From an uncultured Chromatiales bacterium (GTDB lineage Bacteria; Pseudomonadota; Gammaproteobacteria; Steroidobacterales; BM003), in NCBI GenBank assembly GCA_937128475.1, contig CAKZML010000025.1, forward strand, positions 1 to 63,722: 63,722 nt of DNA, written 5' to 3'. The notes under the pieces are model-generated. The model saw nothing but the letters and a program-made list of their open reading frames with translations, had not been told where the DNA came from and ran no database searches. Positions 45,580 to 55,882 of the stretch are shown here, piece after piece. The position numbers were made by a program, and so were the translations under genes. Each line of letters starts with the position of its first letter. Position 1 is the first letter of the stretch.

Positions 45580-46818
45580 CTACTTGTCTCCCTCGGCGAG
45601 CATTTGTTCGCGTTGCTTCTTCAGGTGCTCTGGCATTTCCTTGAAGACATCTTCAAACATATTGCTTGGATCCAGGCTGGGGCCCTCGGTCATGGTTCCG
45701 TAGGTGATTGCCTCTTTCCAGCTTTCCAGCGCGTGTTTCTCCAGTTCTTTTTCCAGGGCCTCGTGCTGTTTTTCGCTCCATTCGCCCAACTGGATAAGGT
45801 GCTGCTTCAGGCGCGTGATGGGATCTCCCAGCGGCCACGCTTCGAATTCGTCCTTGGGACGATATCGCGACGGATCATCGCTGGTGGAGTGAGCCGAGGC
45901 GCGATAGGTCACGTGCTCGATGAGAGTCGGACCAGCGCCTGTCCTGGCGCGTTCGGCTGCCCACGCGGTAACCGCGTAAACCGCCAGGAAGTCGTTGCCG
46001 TCTACCCGGATGCCAGGGATGCCGTAGCCCAGGCCGCGAGCGGCGAAGGGTACGCGTGTGCCGCCGGCAAATGCCTGGAAGGTCGAAATTGCCCACTGGT
46101 TATTCACCACGTTGAGGATCACCGGTGCCTGGTAAACCGAGGCGAAGGTCAGGGCATGGTGGAAATCAGGCTCCGCCGTGCTGCCGTCTCCAATCCAGGT
46201 TGCCGCCAGGTTGTCCTCGCCTTTCATGGCCGAAGCCATGGCCCAGCCAACTGCCTGGGGATACTGGGTGGTCAGGTTTCCCGAGATGGAAAACAGGTTG
46301 CCTTCCTTGCTGTGATACATGATGGGCATTTGCCGCCCTTTACACATATCCCGAGTGTTGGACAGGCACTGGCACATCAGGTCCACCAGCTTGCGCCCAC
46401 GGGCAACCTGCAGTCCCTGGTTCCGGTAGGACGGGAATAGCATGTCTCCCGGAAGCAATGCCATGGTCTGGGCTACTGCGACAGCTTCCTCACCCGTGCA
46501 CTTCACGTAGAAGGAAATCTTGCCCTGCCGCTGCACTCTCTGCATGCGCTCGTCGAACGCCCGGGTGAGCATCATGTGGCGTAGGCCAACCTGCAGCACC
46601 TCGGGTTCCAGGTGTGGGTTCCATGGACCGGTGGTTTTACCGTCATCCTTCAGAACTCGAACCATGCTGTGGGCAAGGTCCGTCATATCCATGGCGTGAG
46701 TGTTCACGTCCGGTCGCATGACCTCGCCCGGCTGGGAGATCTGGAGGTAACTGAAATCCGGTTTATCCCCCGGCCTGGCCGGCGGATGCGGAATGTGCAA
46801 ACGGGATTTTTGAATCAT
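45580..46818 (-). CDS. bkdA1: Branched-chain 2-oxoacid dehydrogenase E1 alpha subunit
   Basis: Close in pattern to Pseudomonas BkdA1 as I recall it (RPG..DFSYL, GRQMPIMYHS, ISGNLTTQYPQAVGWAMASA, WIGDGSTAE, VILNVVNNQWAIST). Confidence 0.85.
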   Translation of the reverse strand: MIQKSRLHIPHPPARPGDKPDFSYLQISQPGEVMRPDVNTHAMDMTDLAHSMVRVLKDDGKTTGPWNPHLEPEVLQVGLRHMMLTRAFDERMQRVQRQGKISFYVKCTGEEAVAVAQTMALLPGDMLFPSYRNQGLQVARGRKLVDLMCQCLSNTRDMCKGRQMPIMYHSKEGNLFSISGNLTTQYPQAVGWAMASAMKGEDNLAATWIGDGSTAEPDFHHALTFASVYQAPVILNVVNNQWAISTFQAFAGGTRVPFAARGLGYGIPGIRVDGNDFLAVYAVTAWAAERARTGAGPTLIEHVTYRASAHSTSDDPSRYRPKDEFEAWPLGDPITRLKQHLIQLGEWSEKQHEALEKELEKHALESWKEAITYGTMTEGPSLDPSNMFEDVFKEMPEHLKKQREQMLAEGDK

Positions 46819-47214
46819 GTTTGGCTCAACCTTCTACTTAGTTCTGGAGGCGGGTCTGAAAGCCCGAACCCTCCAAGCGTGGTGGCATATTTTACATGGC
46901 TGGGAAAAATGGTGTGTGCTGGTGGTCGCGATTTTGAATTTTTGACCCTGAAGCATAGGTTTTGCACTGCGTTCGGAAAAACTATTGCGATGCAGCAAAT
47001 GTGTTCACTGAGGAGGATTGCGCAGTGTTTTTGACCTGCCCTGTGAATTCAGGCCTATACTAGGAGTCCTCTGGATAAGTTTAATGGCACAACCCAAGGG
47101 GTGGCCGGATGCCTTGGCATTATCAATTACAGCGTTTCTTGAGCATCGCCATGTATTTTGCCGTGGCGGGGTTGCTGCTATATCCCGGCCTGGTTCTCGT
47201 GCAGGCGGACCTGA

Positions 47215-47730
47215 TTAATTCGCGGATCCTGTTCCCGGCAGTGATTGTGGCATTTCTGTTTTCTTCGCCACCGAGGTGGATGCGGCAGTAATTAAATTGA
47301 TGTTTCCGGTTTCATCCAGATTGATCGACATCACACTCGACGAACGCATCATTTCCAACTGACCCGACGCAACACCAAAGTCAAACATCAATTCCTGGTC
47401 GCTGACCGGGGGTATTGAGTGTCGTCTTTCGTTGTTGCGGAATCGTCGTCGGTTGCTGCTGGACCAGGCGGCGATGATGATGAAAATAAGGGTGATACTG
47501 ACGATGTACCATCGCAGCACAAATACCAGTCCCTGCCAGCCACCATCCACGATCATGGATTCGTAGGCGATATCCAGACCGGCCCACCATGCCAGCAAGC
47601 TGATCAGCGGCGTCCAGAGATAGGCATACAGCGACCACATGAGAGCGGTGAACGCTGCCTCCTTCCTGCGCCTGCTTCGGGACAGCAAGTGAGGAACATC
47701 GATAATTGGGGGTTGTGATGAATTAACCAT
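47215..47730 (-). CDS. pgaD: PNAG biosynthesis protein PgaD
   Basis: Two TM segments followed by a basic stretch (NRRRFRNNERRH), located immediately after pgaC. The start is set at the ATG at 47730. Confidence 0.7.
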   Translation of the reverse strand: MVNSSQPPIIDVPHLLSRSRRRKEAAFTALMWSLYAYLWTPLISLLAWWAGLDIAYESMIVDGGWQGLVFVLRWYIVSITLIFIIIAAWSSSNRRRFRNNERRHSIPPVSDQELMFDFGVASGQLEMMRSSSVMSINLDETGNINLITAASTSVAKKTEMPQSLPGTGSAN

Positions 47731-47740
47731 TGCCTCGCGC

Positions 47741-49003
47741 CTACTTAATCCGGATGCCGCGATCCGGACTTGTCCAGATAGCGCGGGTGCCCCGGGGCTT
47801 GCGTAAGGCCTTTGGAAGGGCGACAAGGGTGGCAGCAGTCTGGATGGTCCAATAGACCATGGGGTACCAGATCATCCAGTAGTAATAACGCCCAAGGCGG
47901 GGTTCGTAACGGCTGTCGATGGCCAGTGAGATGCCGAACTGGAGCAGGCAGGTGGCGCCCAGCACCACGCCCGCCCAGCCGGGCAGGAAGGCCGCGCCGC
48001 GCAGTACAGGCGGGAGCTCGATGAACAGGCCCACGGTCGCTACCAGGAAAATAAGCGCGATCAAGTGTGCCCAGGCGGTACTCACCACGAGTTCCAGGAC
48101 CACCAGCCAGATTCGGCGTTTCTTCCAGTTCATTAAAGACGGCCAGTAGCGCAGGAAAACCTCCAGGCCGCCCTGGGCCCAGCGCAGGCGCTGGCGCCAC
48201 AGGCCCTTGAGTGTTTCCGGCATCAGGATCCAGCATAGGGCGTTGGGTTCGTAGCGAATATCCCAGTGGTTGGACTGTAGTCGCCAGCTGATATCGATGT
48301 CCTCGGTGATCATGTTCAGATCCCAGTAGCCGACTTTTTGCAGGGCGGATTTGCGAAAGGCCGCCACCACGCCGGACACGGTGAAGACGCGCCCATAGAT
48401 TCTCTGGGCCCGCTTGATCATGCCAATAATCGAGGAGAACTCACCGACCTGGATTTTGCCCAGCAGGGAGCTTCGATTTCGAATTCGCGGGTTGCCGGTC
48501 ACTGCGCCCACCCGTGGACCGTCGTTGAAGTGACGAACAATCCATCGAGTGGCATGTTTGTCCAGCAGGGCGTCCCCGTCCAGGCAGACCAGGATTTCGT
48601 GGCGTGAGGCCAGGGCGCCCATGCGCAGACCCATAGCCTTGCCCTGGTTTTGATCAAAGTGGATGACTCGCACCCGGGGTTCGGCGGCGGCGATTTCGTC
48701 GAGAATTTCCCCGGTGCTATCCCCGCTGCAGTCGTTGATCGCAATGATCTCGAACTCGGGGTAATCCTGCTCAAGCAGCGCCTGCACTGTTTCCCGGGCG
48801 TTATCGCCCTCGTTATGACAAGGCACCAGGTAGGTCACCGGTGGGGTTTTCTTCAGTTCCGGCGGATTATCGTAGCGGCGGTGATCTGAATTTTCCCGGT
48901 AATAAAAGTAGTACACCGCACCGATCATCCACACGTAGGTCATGAACAGTGGGTAATAAAAGGCAAATTCCAGCAGGCCCTCGACCACGCCTTCAATGCT
49001 CAT
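47741..49003 (-). CDS. pgaC: Poly-beta-1,6-N-acetylglucosamine synthase (GT2)
   Basis: Processive GT2 motifs (VPCHNEG, NDCSGD, LDGDA, TEDID, RQRLRWAQGG) and flanking TM segments. Confidence 0.9.
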   Translation of the reverse strand: MSIEGVVEGLLEFAFYYPLFMTYVWMIGAVYYFYYRENSDHRRYDNPPELKKTPPVTYLVPCHNEGDNARETVQALLEQDYPEFEIIAINDCSGDSTGEILDEIAAAEPRVRVIHFDQNQGKAMGLRMGALASRHEILVCLDGDALLDKHATRWIVRHFNDGPRVGAVTGNPRIRNRSSLLGKIQVGEFSSIIGMIKRAQRIYGRVFTVSGVVAAFRKSALQKVGYWDLNMITEDIDISWRLQSNHWDIRYEPNALCWILMPETLKGLWRQRLRWAQGGLEVFLRYWPSLMNWKKRRIWLVVLELVVSTAWAHLIALIFLVATVGLFIELPPVLRGAAFLPGWAGVVLGATCLLQFGISLAIDSRYEPRLGRYYYWMIWYPMVYWTIQTAATLVALPKALRKPRGTRAIWTSPDRGIRIK

Positions 49004-50931
49004 GGCTGGCTCCTTGCGGGGAACTCAGCCACAGATATGCCCTGGCGCAGTTCTGCCTGGTCAGGGTGATTTTTAAGGAAGTCGTCCGGGTAGTAGGCCA
49101 GATTTCTGATGCCCAGTGATTGCAGCAATCTGAAGGTGTTTTTCAATTCCAGCGACGGTACCTGGCGTTTGTTTCGCCAGTCCATAGTCTGAAGTTGGAA
49201 TATGGTTCTTGATGCGCCGTTGCCGTGAGCCAGGGCGCGTTCTGCCAACTCATGATAGTAGCGTTTCGCCTCCCCGGGGTTGTCGATGTTTTCCAGGTAG
49301 GGCATCGCCATGACCGTGACGAAATCATAGTGGCCGAGGAACCGGGTGTAGTCCTGGGCAAGCAGGCGAGCCCCGTCTGTTCCAGACAGGGCCGGGGAAA
49401 ACATGTTGCGCGAGGTTTTCATACCTGCCTGGTAGTTGCCGACAAGCTTGGCCAGCTGATCGGTAAATTCCAACAGGGTGAGGGTCTTCAGAGTCGCCCA
49501 GCGCTGGGCGACCCGGGGGTTGCTTTTCAACCTCAGCAGGTCGGGAGCTTCGCCGTACAGGTCCTGGTATGCCCTGATGCCGTCGGGGCTGGCGTCTTCC
49601 AGTTCGTTGAGTCGACCATCGTCGTGAAAATGCAGTCCATCAAAACGCGCGTGGCGGGCCAGGTCTTCATAAATGCCCGTGATTACCGCCCTGGCGTCAG
49701 GATTGAAAGGGGAAAGCCTGGGTTCTGCATTGGTATCCAGGGTCTCGCCTTTGGCGCCTGCCTGCAGTACCCGCCATGCAGGGTCGATAGTATCGCCGGT
49801 GAAACTGAGGATTGGCATCCAGGCGTATACCCGCACGCCGGCCCGGGTTTTCAGTTGCCAGGCCGCCCGGTTAAACAGGTCCGAGCGCATGGGGAGATAA
49901 CGATTGGGGAAATACAGGGCTTCCGCGCCCCCATCTCCATCCAGGTCGGAAAATGCCTGGAGGAAGACATGACTGATTTGTAACTGGTGGATGCGCTCCA
50001 CGAGCACGCCCAGGTTGCGTTCCTGCTGAGCCGGGTCCGGGTCGTAAACGTAATCCAGGTCAATCTGGGCGGCCCGGACCAGGGGCGGGGCAGGGGGCCT
50101 TAACAGCATGGTCGCCAGTTCCCGGATGCCGGGGTTGTTGTTGATCAGGTGTCGGTGCAGGACGGTGCTGCCGGGCTGGTTGCCAAAATTCGGTTCCAGG
50201 GTCAGCGACCAGGGCATGCCGCTTTGCCGGGCAAGTTCAACGGTGATCTTGTTGTGGGCGCCGTAGGGCCAGGTCATTACCCTGGGGGCGCGCCCGGTGT
50301 GGCTGGCGATGATTTTCGAGCTGGTCTGCAGATCGGTGATGATTCGATTCGTATAGTCTTCACGACTCTCGTATTTGCCGTCGCTATAGAGCAGGGACAC
50401 TGCGGCGGGCTGGGTGTTGCCCTGGGGGTTGGCCATAATTCCCTGGTGCATTGCATGGCTGTGGGAGGCAAACTCCACCAGGCCCGAGTCCTGCATTTCC
50501 CGAATTTGTTCCCAGCTTACGAAGTCCGAGCGACTTCGTTGTTGCCCGGCATAGTCGATGGTCTTCTCACCGTCGACCCAATCGGTGACCAGGCTTGAAA
50601 CGGCCGGGTAGTTGAACAGCTTGAGCAGCGGGTAGACGCGGGTGTACGTGCTGATCAGGCCATCGTCAAAACTCAGCAGCACCGGGTTTGCCGGCAAGGC
50701 GTCTCCGCCGTTATTCGCTGCGACCACCTGGTCCATGCTTACCGGGTGGAAGTCGTTGTCCCGAAGCCAGCGAAAGTGCTCGACCAGGGCGCTGGTGGTG
50801 ACGGCCATGCTGTCCTGGCCCTGTTCGTCTGTGACATCGTGGTAGGTGATGACATGTAACGGCCCGGACTGCGCCATTACGAGTCCGGATGAAAGCAGCA
50901 TCAGGATGCCAAGAAGGTAACGCTTGATCAC
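49000..50931 (-). CDS. pgaB: PNAG N-deacetylase/hydrolase lipoprotein-type PgaB
   Basis: An N-terminal CE4 deacetylase pattern (LSFDDG...SHSH) plus a C-terminal GH-like domain, positioned between pgaA and pgaC. Confidence 0.85.
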   Translation of the reverse strand: MIKRYLLGILMLLSSGLVMAQSGPLHVITYHDVTDEQGQDSMAVTTSALVEHFRWLRDNDFHPVSMDQVVAANNGGDALPANPVLLSFDDGLISTYTRVYPLLKLFNYPAVSSLVTDWVDGEKTIDYAGQQRSRSDFVSWEQIREMQDSGLVEFASHSHAMHQGIMANPQGNTQPAAVSLLYSDGKYESREDYTNRIITDLQTSSKIIASHTGRAPRVMTWPYGAHNKITVELARQSGMPWSLTLEPNFGNQPGSTVLHRHLINNNPGIRELATMLLRPPAPPLVRAAQIDLDYVYDPDPAQQERNLGVLVERIHQLQISHVFLQAFSDLDGDGGAEALYFPNRYLPMRSDLFNRAAWQLKTRAGVRVYAWMPILSFTGDTIDPAWRVLQAGAKGETLDTNAEPRLSPFNPDARAVITGIYEDLARHARFDGLHFHDDGRLNELEDASPDGIRAYQDLYGEAPDLLRLKSNPRVAQRWATLKTLTLLEFTDQLAKLVGNYQAGMKTSRNMFSPALSGTDGARLLAQDYTRFLGHYDFVTVMAMPYLENIDNPGEAKRYYHELAERALAHGNGASRTIFQLQTMDWRNKRQVPSLELKNTFRLLQSLGIRNLAYYPDDFLKNHPDQAELRQGISVAEFPARSQP

Positions 50932-53420
50932 AGGCGCCCCTCCAGTCCAAGCAACAGTGTATTGCTGGTTTCCATTCCACCGTCATAGGCATGCCGGCCG
51001 CGCCGGGCGCCCAGGTTGAGTGACCAACTGTCGTTGAAGCGCATACCGAATTCGTATTCCAGGCTCCAGATGGGATTGCTTCCGTAACCGTCCTGGTAAT
51101 AGCTGCCGACCTGGGGGTGCAGTCGATGGTAAAGGCCGCGATCGGCGCCCCTGAAAACGATCCAGCGCATGTCCGCGCCGACTGTCAGGGAACGATCGCT
51201 GGATGGATTGTAGTAACTGGCCAGCTCTTCAGAGTTGCTGGAAAAATAAGCCGATCCGGTGCCGTCCAGTTTGAACCAGGTATTGTTCACCACCCTTTGC
51301 CGGCCGTAGACCGACAAGCCGCGACGTCGGTTTCCGTCATCGAAGCTGGCCAGGGTAAGGGTGCTTCCCAGGGACAGGGATTCGTTGGCGTTGTACCTGG
51401 CTCGAAATGCCACCTGGTCGCTGCTCACATCATTGAGATCAGCCCGCAGGGGCGTCTCGTAACTGTTCAGTTCGCCGCTGGCACCCACCGTCCACAGGTC
51501 TGTGATGCGCCAGTTTAGTTCGGCGTGCAGACCCGCGTCGCCGCCCCAGCGTCGGGCGCTTACCTCGGTGCGGGCGTTCCAGCCTGGTCGTCTGTATTCG
51601 GCGCCTGCTGCGATGCGCGAGCGTTGACCATCGCCTTCCGGGAATTGGGCAAAGCTGTCGAAAGTGTGGGCATAGAAACGGAACCAGTCATATTTCGGCG
51701 GTGTATACCACCAGCCCTGCAGGGTGTATTGCCGGCTGCCGAAAGTATCGCCGGTACTGTCACCGGTAGAGGCTTGAACCACCAACTGGCTTTTCTCGTG
51801 GAGACTCCAGGTCCGGGCCAGCTGCCTCACCGGCCGGCTTCCAGGATAGTCTTTCTGGAGGTTTTTAATCGCCCCGGCGGCTGCCGGGTAGTCCTGGCGG
51901 GCAAGCTGTGCGCGGGTCCAGCCGGCCCGAGCCCCCAGGTGTTCCGGGTACATGGTAAGAATTTGCTGATACTGGGCCAGTGCCTTGTCTGGCCAGCCTC
52001 GCCACAGGTATATGGACGCCAGTTCCTGTCGGGCATCCACGTTATTGGGTGCCTCGCGGGTTATTGCTTCCAGTTCCGCCTGGGCCTGGTCCAGTTGGTC
52101 TGCGTAAGAGCGGGCGAGAATCGAACGCAGGCGGGCGCTCATGTAGAGGTTGCCTGCCTGGTCGGTTCCCTGCTGGCCTGGGGATTGCCTGGCCTGCAGG
52201 GCGTCGGCGTAGGCGATGGCCTGGTCCAGTTGTCCTGATTCCAGTAGTCCGTAAAAGTATTCCGCCTGGTAATCCAGGTTGTCCGGTTCGGCGGCGAGGC
52301 ACTCTGTCAGCAGGAGCAGGGCGGTGTCAGTCTGGCCATTGGCCAGGTAGGCCCGGGCGGCGGCGAAGCGAATATTACCAGCCGGCTGCATGCCCTCGGC
52401 GGTCAGTAATTCGTATTCGGCCACCGCTTCGGCATCATGCCCCGCGTCTACCAGGGCGACCAGGCGGTCGGTACGCAGGCGCCTGTAAAGCGGTGTGCCG
52501 GGCGGGACGGTGGCGATATGCTTATCCAGTGTGGTCAGGGCCTTTTCACTGTTCGCTGATTCGCTGCCAGGTGCGGAGTAAGTTCGAGCGGCGCTGCGAA
52601 TCGACAGTGCAAGCTGGTCGCCCTTGAGGTTGTCCATCTCTTCCTGGCTGAGAATGCCGGGGTGTTGGCTAGCCAGTTCCAGGGCGAATTCCGGGAGCAT
52701 CATTTCGCGTAGCAGCAGGGCCTTTTCACGCAGTACTTTTTGCGAGGCGGGGTCCAGGGCAAGCAAGGCATCGTAAATGACCAGGCGCTGAACAGTCTTG
52801 CCCTGACTCTTGAGTATGTAGGCGTGAACCTCGAGAGCGGGAGCGGAATTTCGCTGGGACTCAGGGAGGTTTCCCAATTCCGTAATGGCTTCTTCGTAGC
52901 GCTTGCCATCCGCCAGAGTCATCGCAAGGCCAAGCCGGGCATCAAGGTTATCCGGCTGTCGGTTGAGGGCCCCGTGATACCAGCGGACGGCGTTATCAAA
53001 TTCTTTCAGGTTACGGTATGCCTTGGCCACCGTGGTGATCACCCGTATGGGGTCGCTGGCCAGGTTCAGCTGGGACCCATTGTCCACAACCTGTTGATCC
53101 CTGTTGGCCCAGGCGAGGACCAGGGTTTCGTCTATCAACAACGATCTGGCCTGGGGGTACTCAAGGCGCAGACGGTGCAACTGATCAAGTGCTTCGCTGA
53201 ACTGTCCGGATCGGGCGGCAAGAATCGCCGATTCATGTTCTTGCTGAAAGGCTGCTGGTTGGCTGGCGATAGCCGGGTAGCAGATGCACAAAAGTCCCAG
53301 CAAACCGCCGGAGATCTGCCCGGCGATTCTGCGCCGAAGAGTCTGGGCAAGGCCAGAAACCCGGGTGCGAAACCGGGCCTTTCTGCCTACCTTGGGGTGG
53401 CTTAACGATAAGTTATTCAT
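50928..53420 (-). CDS. pgaA: PNAG export porin with a TPR domain
   Basis: 830 aa with N-terminal TPR-like repeats and a C-terminal beta-barrel; first gene of the pga operon. Confidence 0.85.
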   Translation of the reverse strand: MNNLSLSHPKVGRKARFRTRVSGLAQTLRRRIAGQISGGLLGLLCICYPAIASQPAAFQQEHESAILAARSGQFSEALDQLHRLRLEYPQARSLLIDETLVLAWANRDQQVVDNGSQLNLASDPIRVITTVAKAYRNLKEFDNAVRWYHGALNRQPDNLDARLGLAMTLADGKRYEEAITELGNLPESQRNSAPALEVHAYILKSQGKTVQRLVIYDALLALDPASQKVLREKALLLREMMLPEFALELASQHPGILSQEEMDNLKGDQLALSIRSAARTYSAPGSESANSEKALTTLDKHIATVPPGTPLYRRLRTDRLVALVDAGHDAEAVAEYELLTAEGMQPAGNIRFAAARAYLANGQTDTALLLLTECLAAEPDNLDYQAEYFYGLLESGQLDQAIAYADALQARQSPGQQGTDQAGNLYMSARLRSILARSYADQLDQAQAELEAITREAPNNVDARQELASIYLWRGWPDKALAQYQQILTMYPEHLGARAGWTRAQLARQDYPAAAGAIKNLQKDYPGSRPVRQLARTWSLHEKSQLVVQASTGDSTGDTFGSRQYTLQGWWYTPPKYDWFRFYAHTFDSFAQFPEGDGQRSRIAAGAEYRRPGWNARTEVSARRWGGDAGLHAELNWRITDLWTVGASGELNSYETPLRADLNDVSSDQVAFRARYNANESLSLGSTLTLASFDDGNRRRGLSVYGRQRVVNNTWFKLDGTGSAYFSSNSEELASYYNPSSDRSLTVGADMRWIVFRGADRGLYHRLHPQVGSYYQDGYGSNPIWSLEYEFGMRFNDSWSLNLGARRGRHAYDGGMETSNTLLLGLEGRL

Positions 53421-53686
53421 GTGATTCGAAATGCTGAAAATTCGCCTGAATGCCAGTTACCGCTGAAATTTACATTGATTCCATCCGAAAAACCCCGAAC
53501 CCGGTCACAGTCCGGTGATTTCTGTAGGATTTTTGCTGTTTTTAGCGCCGGTGGAGAAGCGCCTCGGGGGGCGAAAAAGAGCAGTTTTCGCCTCGCCTAC
53601 GTACCCGTCCGTATGGTTCGGTATGATTGCTGGCCGTATCATTTCCGATTTATGCAATCAGACTTACCCGTTATTCAGAGGTTTTT

Positions 53687-55786
53687 ATGAAACGTCTTGC
53701 TGCTTTTTCAACTTTTTTCCTGGTCCTGGCCGTTGTCCTGACGGCATGTGCGACACGCCAGGAAGACCCCTATATGTGGCTAGAAGAGGTTGAAGGCGAA
53801 AAGAGTCTTCAGTGGGTTGAAACCGAGAACGCTCGCAGCAAGGTAATCCTGGAAGGCCAGCCAGAGTTCCAGGCCATGTACCAGGAAGCCCGCGAAGTCC
53901 TCAACTCCAGCGAACGAATTCCCCTGGTAAGCATTCAAGGTGACTACGTCTACAACCACTGGCAGGACAAAGAGCACGTGCGGGGCCTGTGGCGCCGGGC
54001 CAGCCTGGCCAGTTTCGGTTCAGGGGAGCCCCAGTGGGAGGTGCTGCTGGATGTGGATGCCCTGGCCGAGAGCGAGGGGGAAAACTGGATTTTCTCAGGC
54101 GCCTATCCCTGCCTGTCGCCGGAGTACAAGCTGTGCATGGTAGCCCTGTCACGGGGTGGCAAGGATGCGACGGTTTACCGGGAATTCTCGGTTGAGGACA
54201 AGGCATTTGTGGACGGGGGCTTCACGCTGCCCGAGGCTAAGAGCCGTCTTGCCTGGGAAGATGAGAACACCCTGCTGGTGGCCACCGACTGGGGTCCTGG
54301 CAGCCTGACAGAATCGGGTTATCCGCGGATTTACAAGCGCTGGATAAGGGGTGGTGATATTGCGGATGCCGGCGAAGTTTTCACCAGTCCGGAGTCCGAT
54401 GTAAGTCCGTTCGTGAGCGTCCTGCGAGACGGTGACCACCGGTTTACCCTCATCAATCGGGCAGTAACGTTTTTTGAGAGCGAGTTTTTCTTGTTGGAAG
54501 AGCAGGGGTTGAGGCAGATACCCCTGCCGTTGCATGCAGCAGTAGCGGGCATGCTGAAGGGGGAATTGGTTGTGCGGGTAGACGAGGACTGGTCCCATGA
54601 TGGCCAGACCTTTGCCCAGGGATCGGTGGTCACCATCGATCCGGCCGATTTCTCGACGGAGCTGGTGTATCAGCCGGCCCGGGGCGAGGCGGTCAGCGAG
54701 GTGATGCTGGGGGACAAGATGGTTCACCTGCAGATCCTGGACAACGTGATCGGGCGCGCCCGGCAACTGGAAAAGATAGACGGCGACTGGGTTGCGCGTA
54801 CCCTGGACCTGCCTGATAACGGCGTGGTGACCCTGGTTTCTGTGAGCGGCGACGATGACAGCCTGCTCGTGAGTTTTGAGAGCCTGACCGTTCCCGACAG
54901 TCTGTACCTGGCCAGCCCTGATGGGAGCCTGGAGCAGGCGTACTCGCTGCCGGCGTTCTACGATGCCTCGGACGTGGAAGTTTCCCAGCGATTCGCGATC
55001 AGCAAGGATGGAACCCGGGTTCCCTATTTCGTGATGGGTCGCAAGGACGTGCTGGCCAATGGCAACGCGCCCACCATCCAGTACGGATATGGCGGTTTCC
55101 TGGTTCCAATTTTGCCCGAATACTATGACGAGAATGCACGGCCCCAACATGGCGCCCTGGCCGGTCGCATGTGGGTGGCTCGCGGTGGTGTGCTGGTGCT
55201 CTCCAATATTCGTGGTGGCGGTGAATACGGTCCGGCCTGGCACCAGGCAGCCCTGAAAGAAAACCGGCACCTGGCTTACGAAGATTTCTTCGCCATCGGT
55301 GAAGCCCTGGTTGAGACTGGCGTGACCACGCCGGAGAAACTCGGCGCTATCGGTCGCTCTAACGGTGGGTTGCTGATGGGTGCAGTGCTAACCCAGCGCC
55401 CAGACTTGTATGCGGCCATCGATTGCGGTGTGCCGTTGCTGGATATGCTGCGCTATCACCGGCTGCTGGCCGGTGCCAGCTGGATGGGTGAATACGGCAA
55501 TCCGGACGTACCTGTCGAGCGTGCCTACCTTGAGACTTATTCGCCCTACCAGGCACTGAAGCCGGGAGTGAAGTACCCTGAGGTGCTGTTCTATACCTCT
55601 ACCAAGGATGACCGGGTGCATCCGGGGCACGCCAGGAAAATGGCTGCCAGGATGCGTGAGTACGGCAACAGTTTCTTGATGTACGAAAACATGGAAGGTG
55701 GTCATGGCGGGGCGGCCAACCAGGACCAGCTGGCCTACCGTGCAGCGCTGGAATACGCCTATTTCAGCTTGAAATTGATGAAATAA
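53687..55786 (+). CDS. Prolyl oligopeptidase family (S9A) serine peptidase, lipoprotein-type signal
   Basis: Lipobox VLTAC, the N-terminal DPYMWLE motif, the catalytic GRSNGG, and a C-terminal D...H (DDRVHPGHARK). The start is set at the ATG at 53687. Confidence 0.85.
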   Translation: MKRLAAFSTFFLVLAVVLTACATRQEDPYMWLEEVEGEKSLQWVETENARSKVILEGQPEFQAMYQEAREVLNSSERIPLVSIQGDYVYNHWQDKEHVRGLWRRASLASFGSGEPQWEVLLDVDALAESEGENWIFSGAYPCLSPEYKLCMVALSRGGKDATVYREFSVEDKAFVDGGFTLPEAKSRLAWEDENTLLVATDWGPGSLTESGYPRIYKRWIRGGDIADAGEVFTSPESDVSPFVSVLRDGDHRFTLINRAVTFFESEFFLLEEQGLRQIPLPLHAAVAGMLKGELVVRVDEDWSHDGQTFAQGSVVTIDPADFSTELVYQPARGEAVSEVMLGDKMVHLQILDNVIGRARQLEKIDGDWVARTLDLPDNGVVTLVSVSGDDDSLLVSFESLTVPDSLYLASPDGSLEQAYSLPAFYDASDVEVSQRFAISKDGTRVPYFVMGRKDVLANGNAPTIQYGYGGFLVPILPEYYDENARPQHGALAGRMWVARGGVLVLSNIRGGGEYGPAWHQAALKENRHLAYEDFFAIGEALVETGVTTPEKLGAIGRSNGGLLMGAVLTQRPDLYAAIDCGVPLLDMLRYHRLLAGASWMGEYGNPDVPVERAYLETYSPYQALKPGVKYPEVLFYTSTKDDRVHPGHARKMAARMREYGNSFLMYENMEGGHGGAANQDQLAYRAALEYAYFSLKLMK

Positions 55787-55801
55787 TGCATTGGGTGAAA
55801 C

Positions 55802-55828
55802 GGGCAAGAGCTGATTTCGCTCTTGTCC
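55802..55828 (+). terminator. Stem-loop after the peptidase gene (possible terminator; no U-tract)
   Basis: GGGCAAGAGC / TGATTTC / GCTCTTGTCC forms a 10-bp stem with one G-U pair. Confidence 0.3.
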
Positions 55829-55882
55829 GGGCTGTCCGAAGAGCTGACTGAAAACGAATAACCAGAGACTGGAGAAAGTGCT

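Noticed and set aside
44885-46440. Two long + strand ORFs (272 and 278 aa) across bkdA2 and bkdA1
   Set aside because: They are antisense shadows of highly recognisable E1 subunit genes.
49225-52627. Several 200-250-aa + strand ORFs inside pgaB and pgaA
   Set aside because: They are antisense shadows. The pga genes on the minus strand explain the region.
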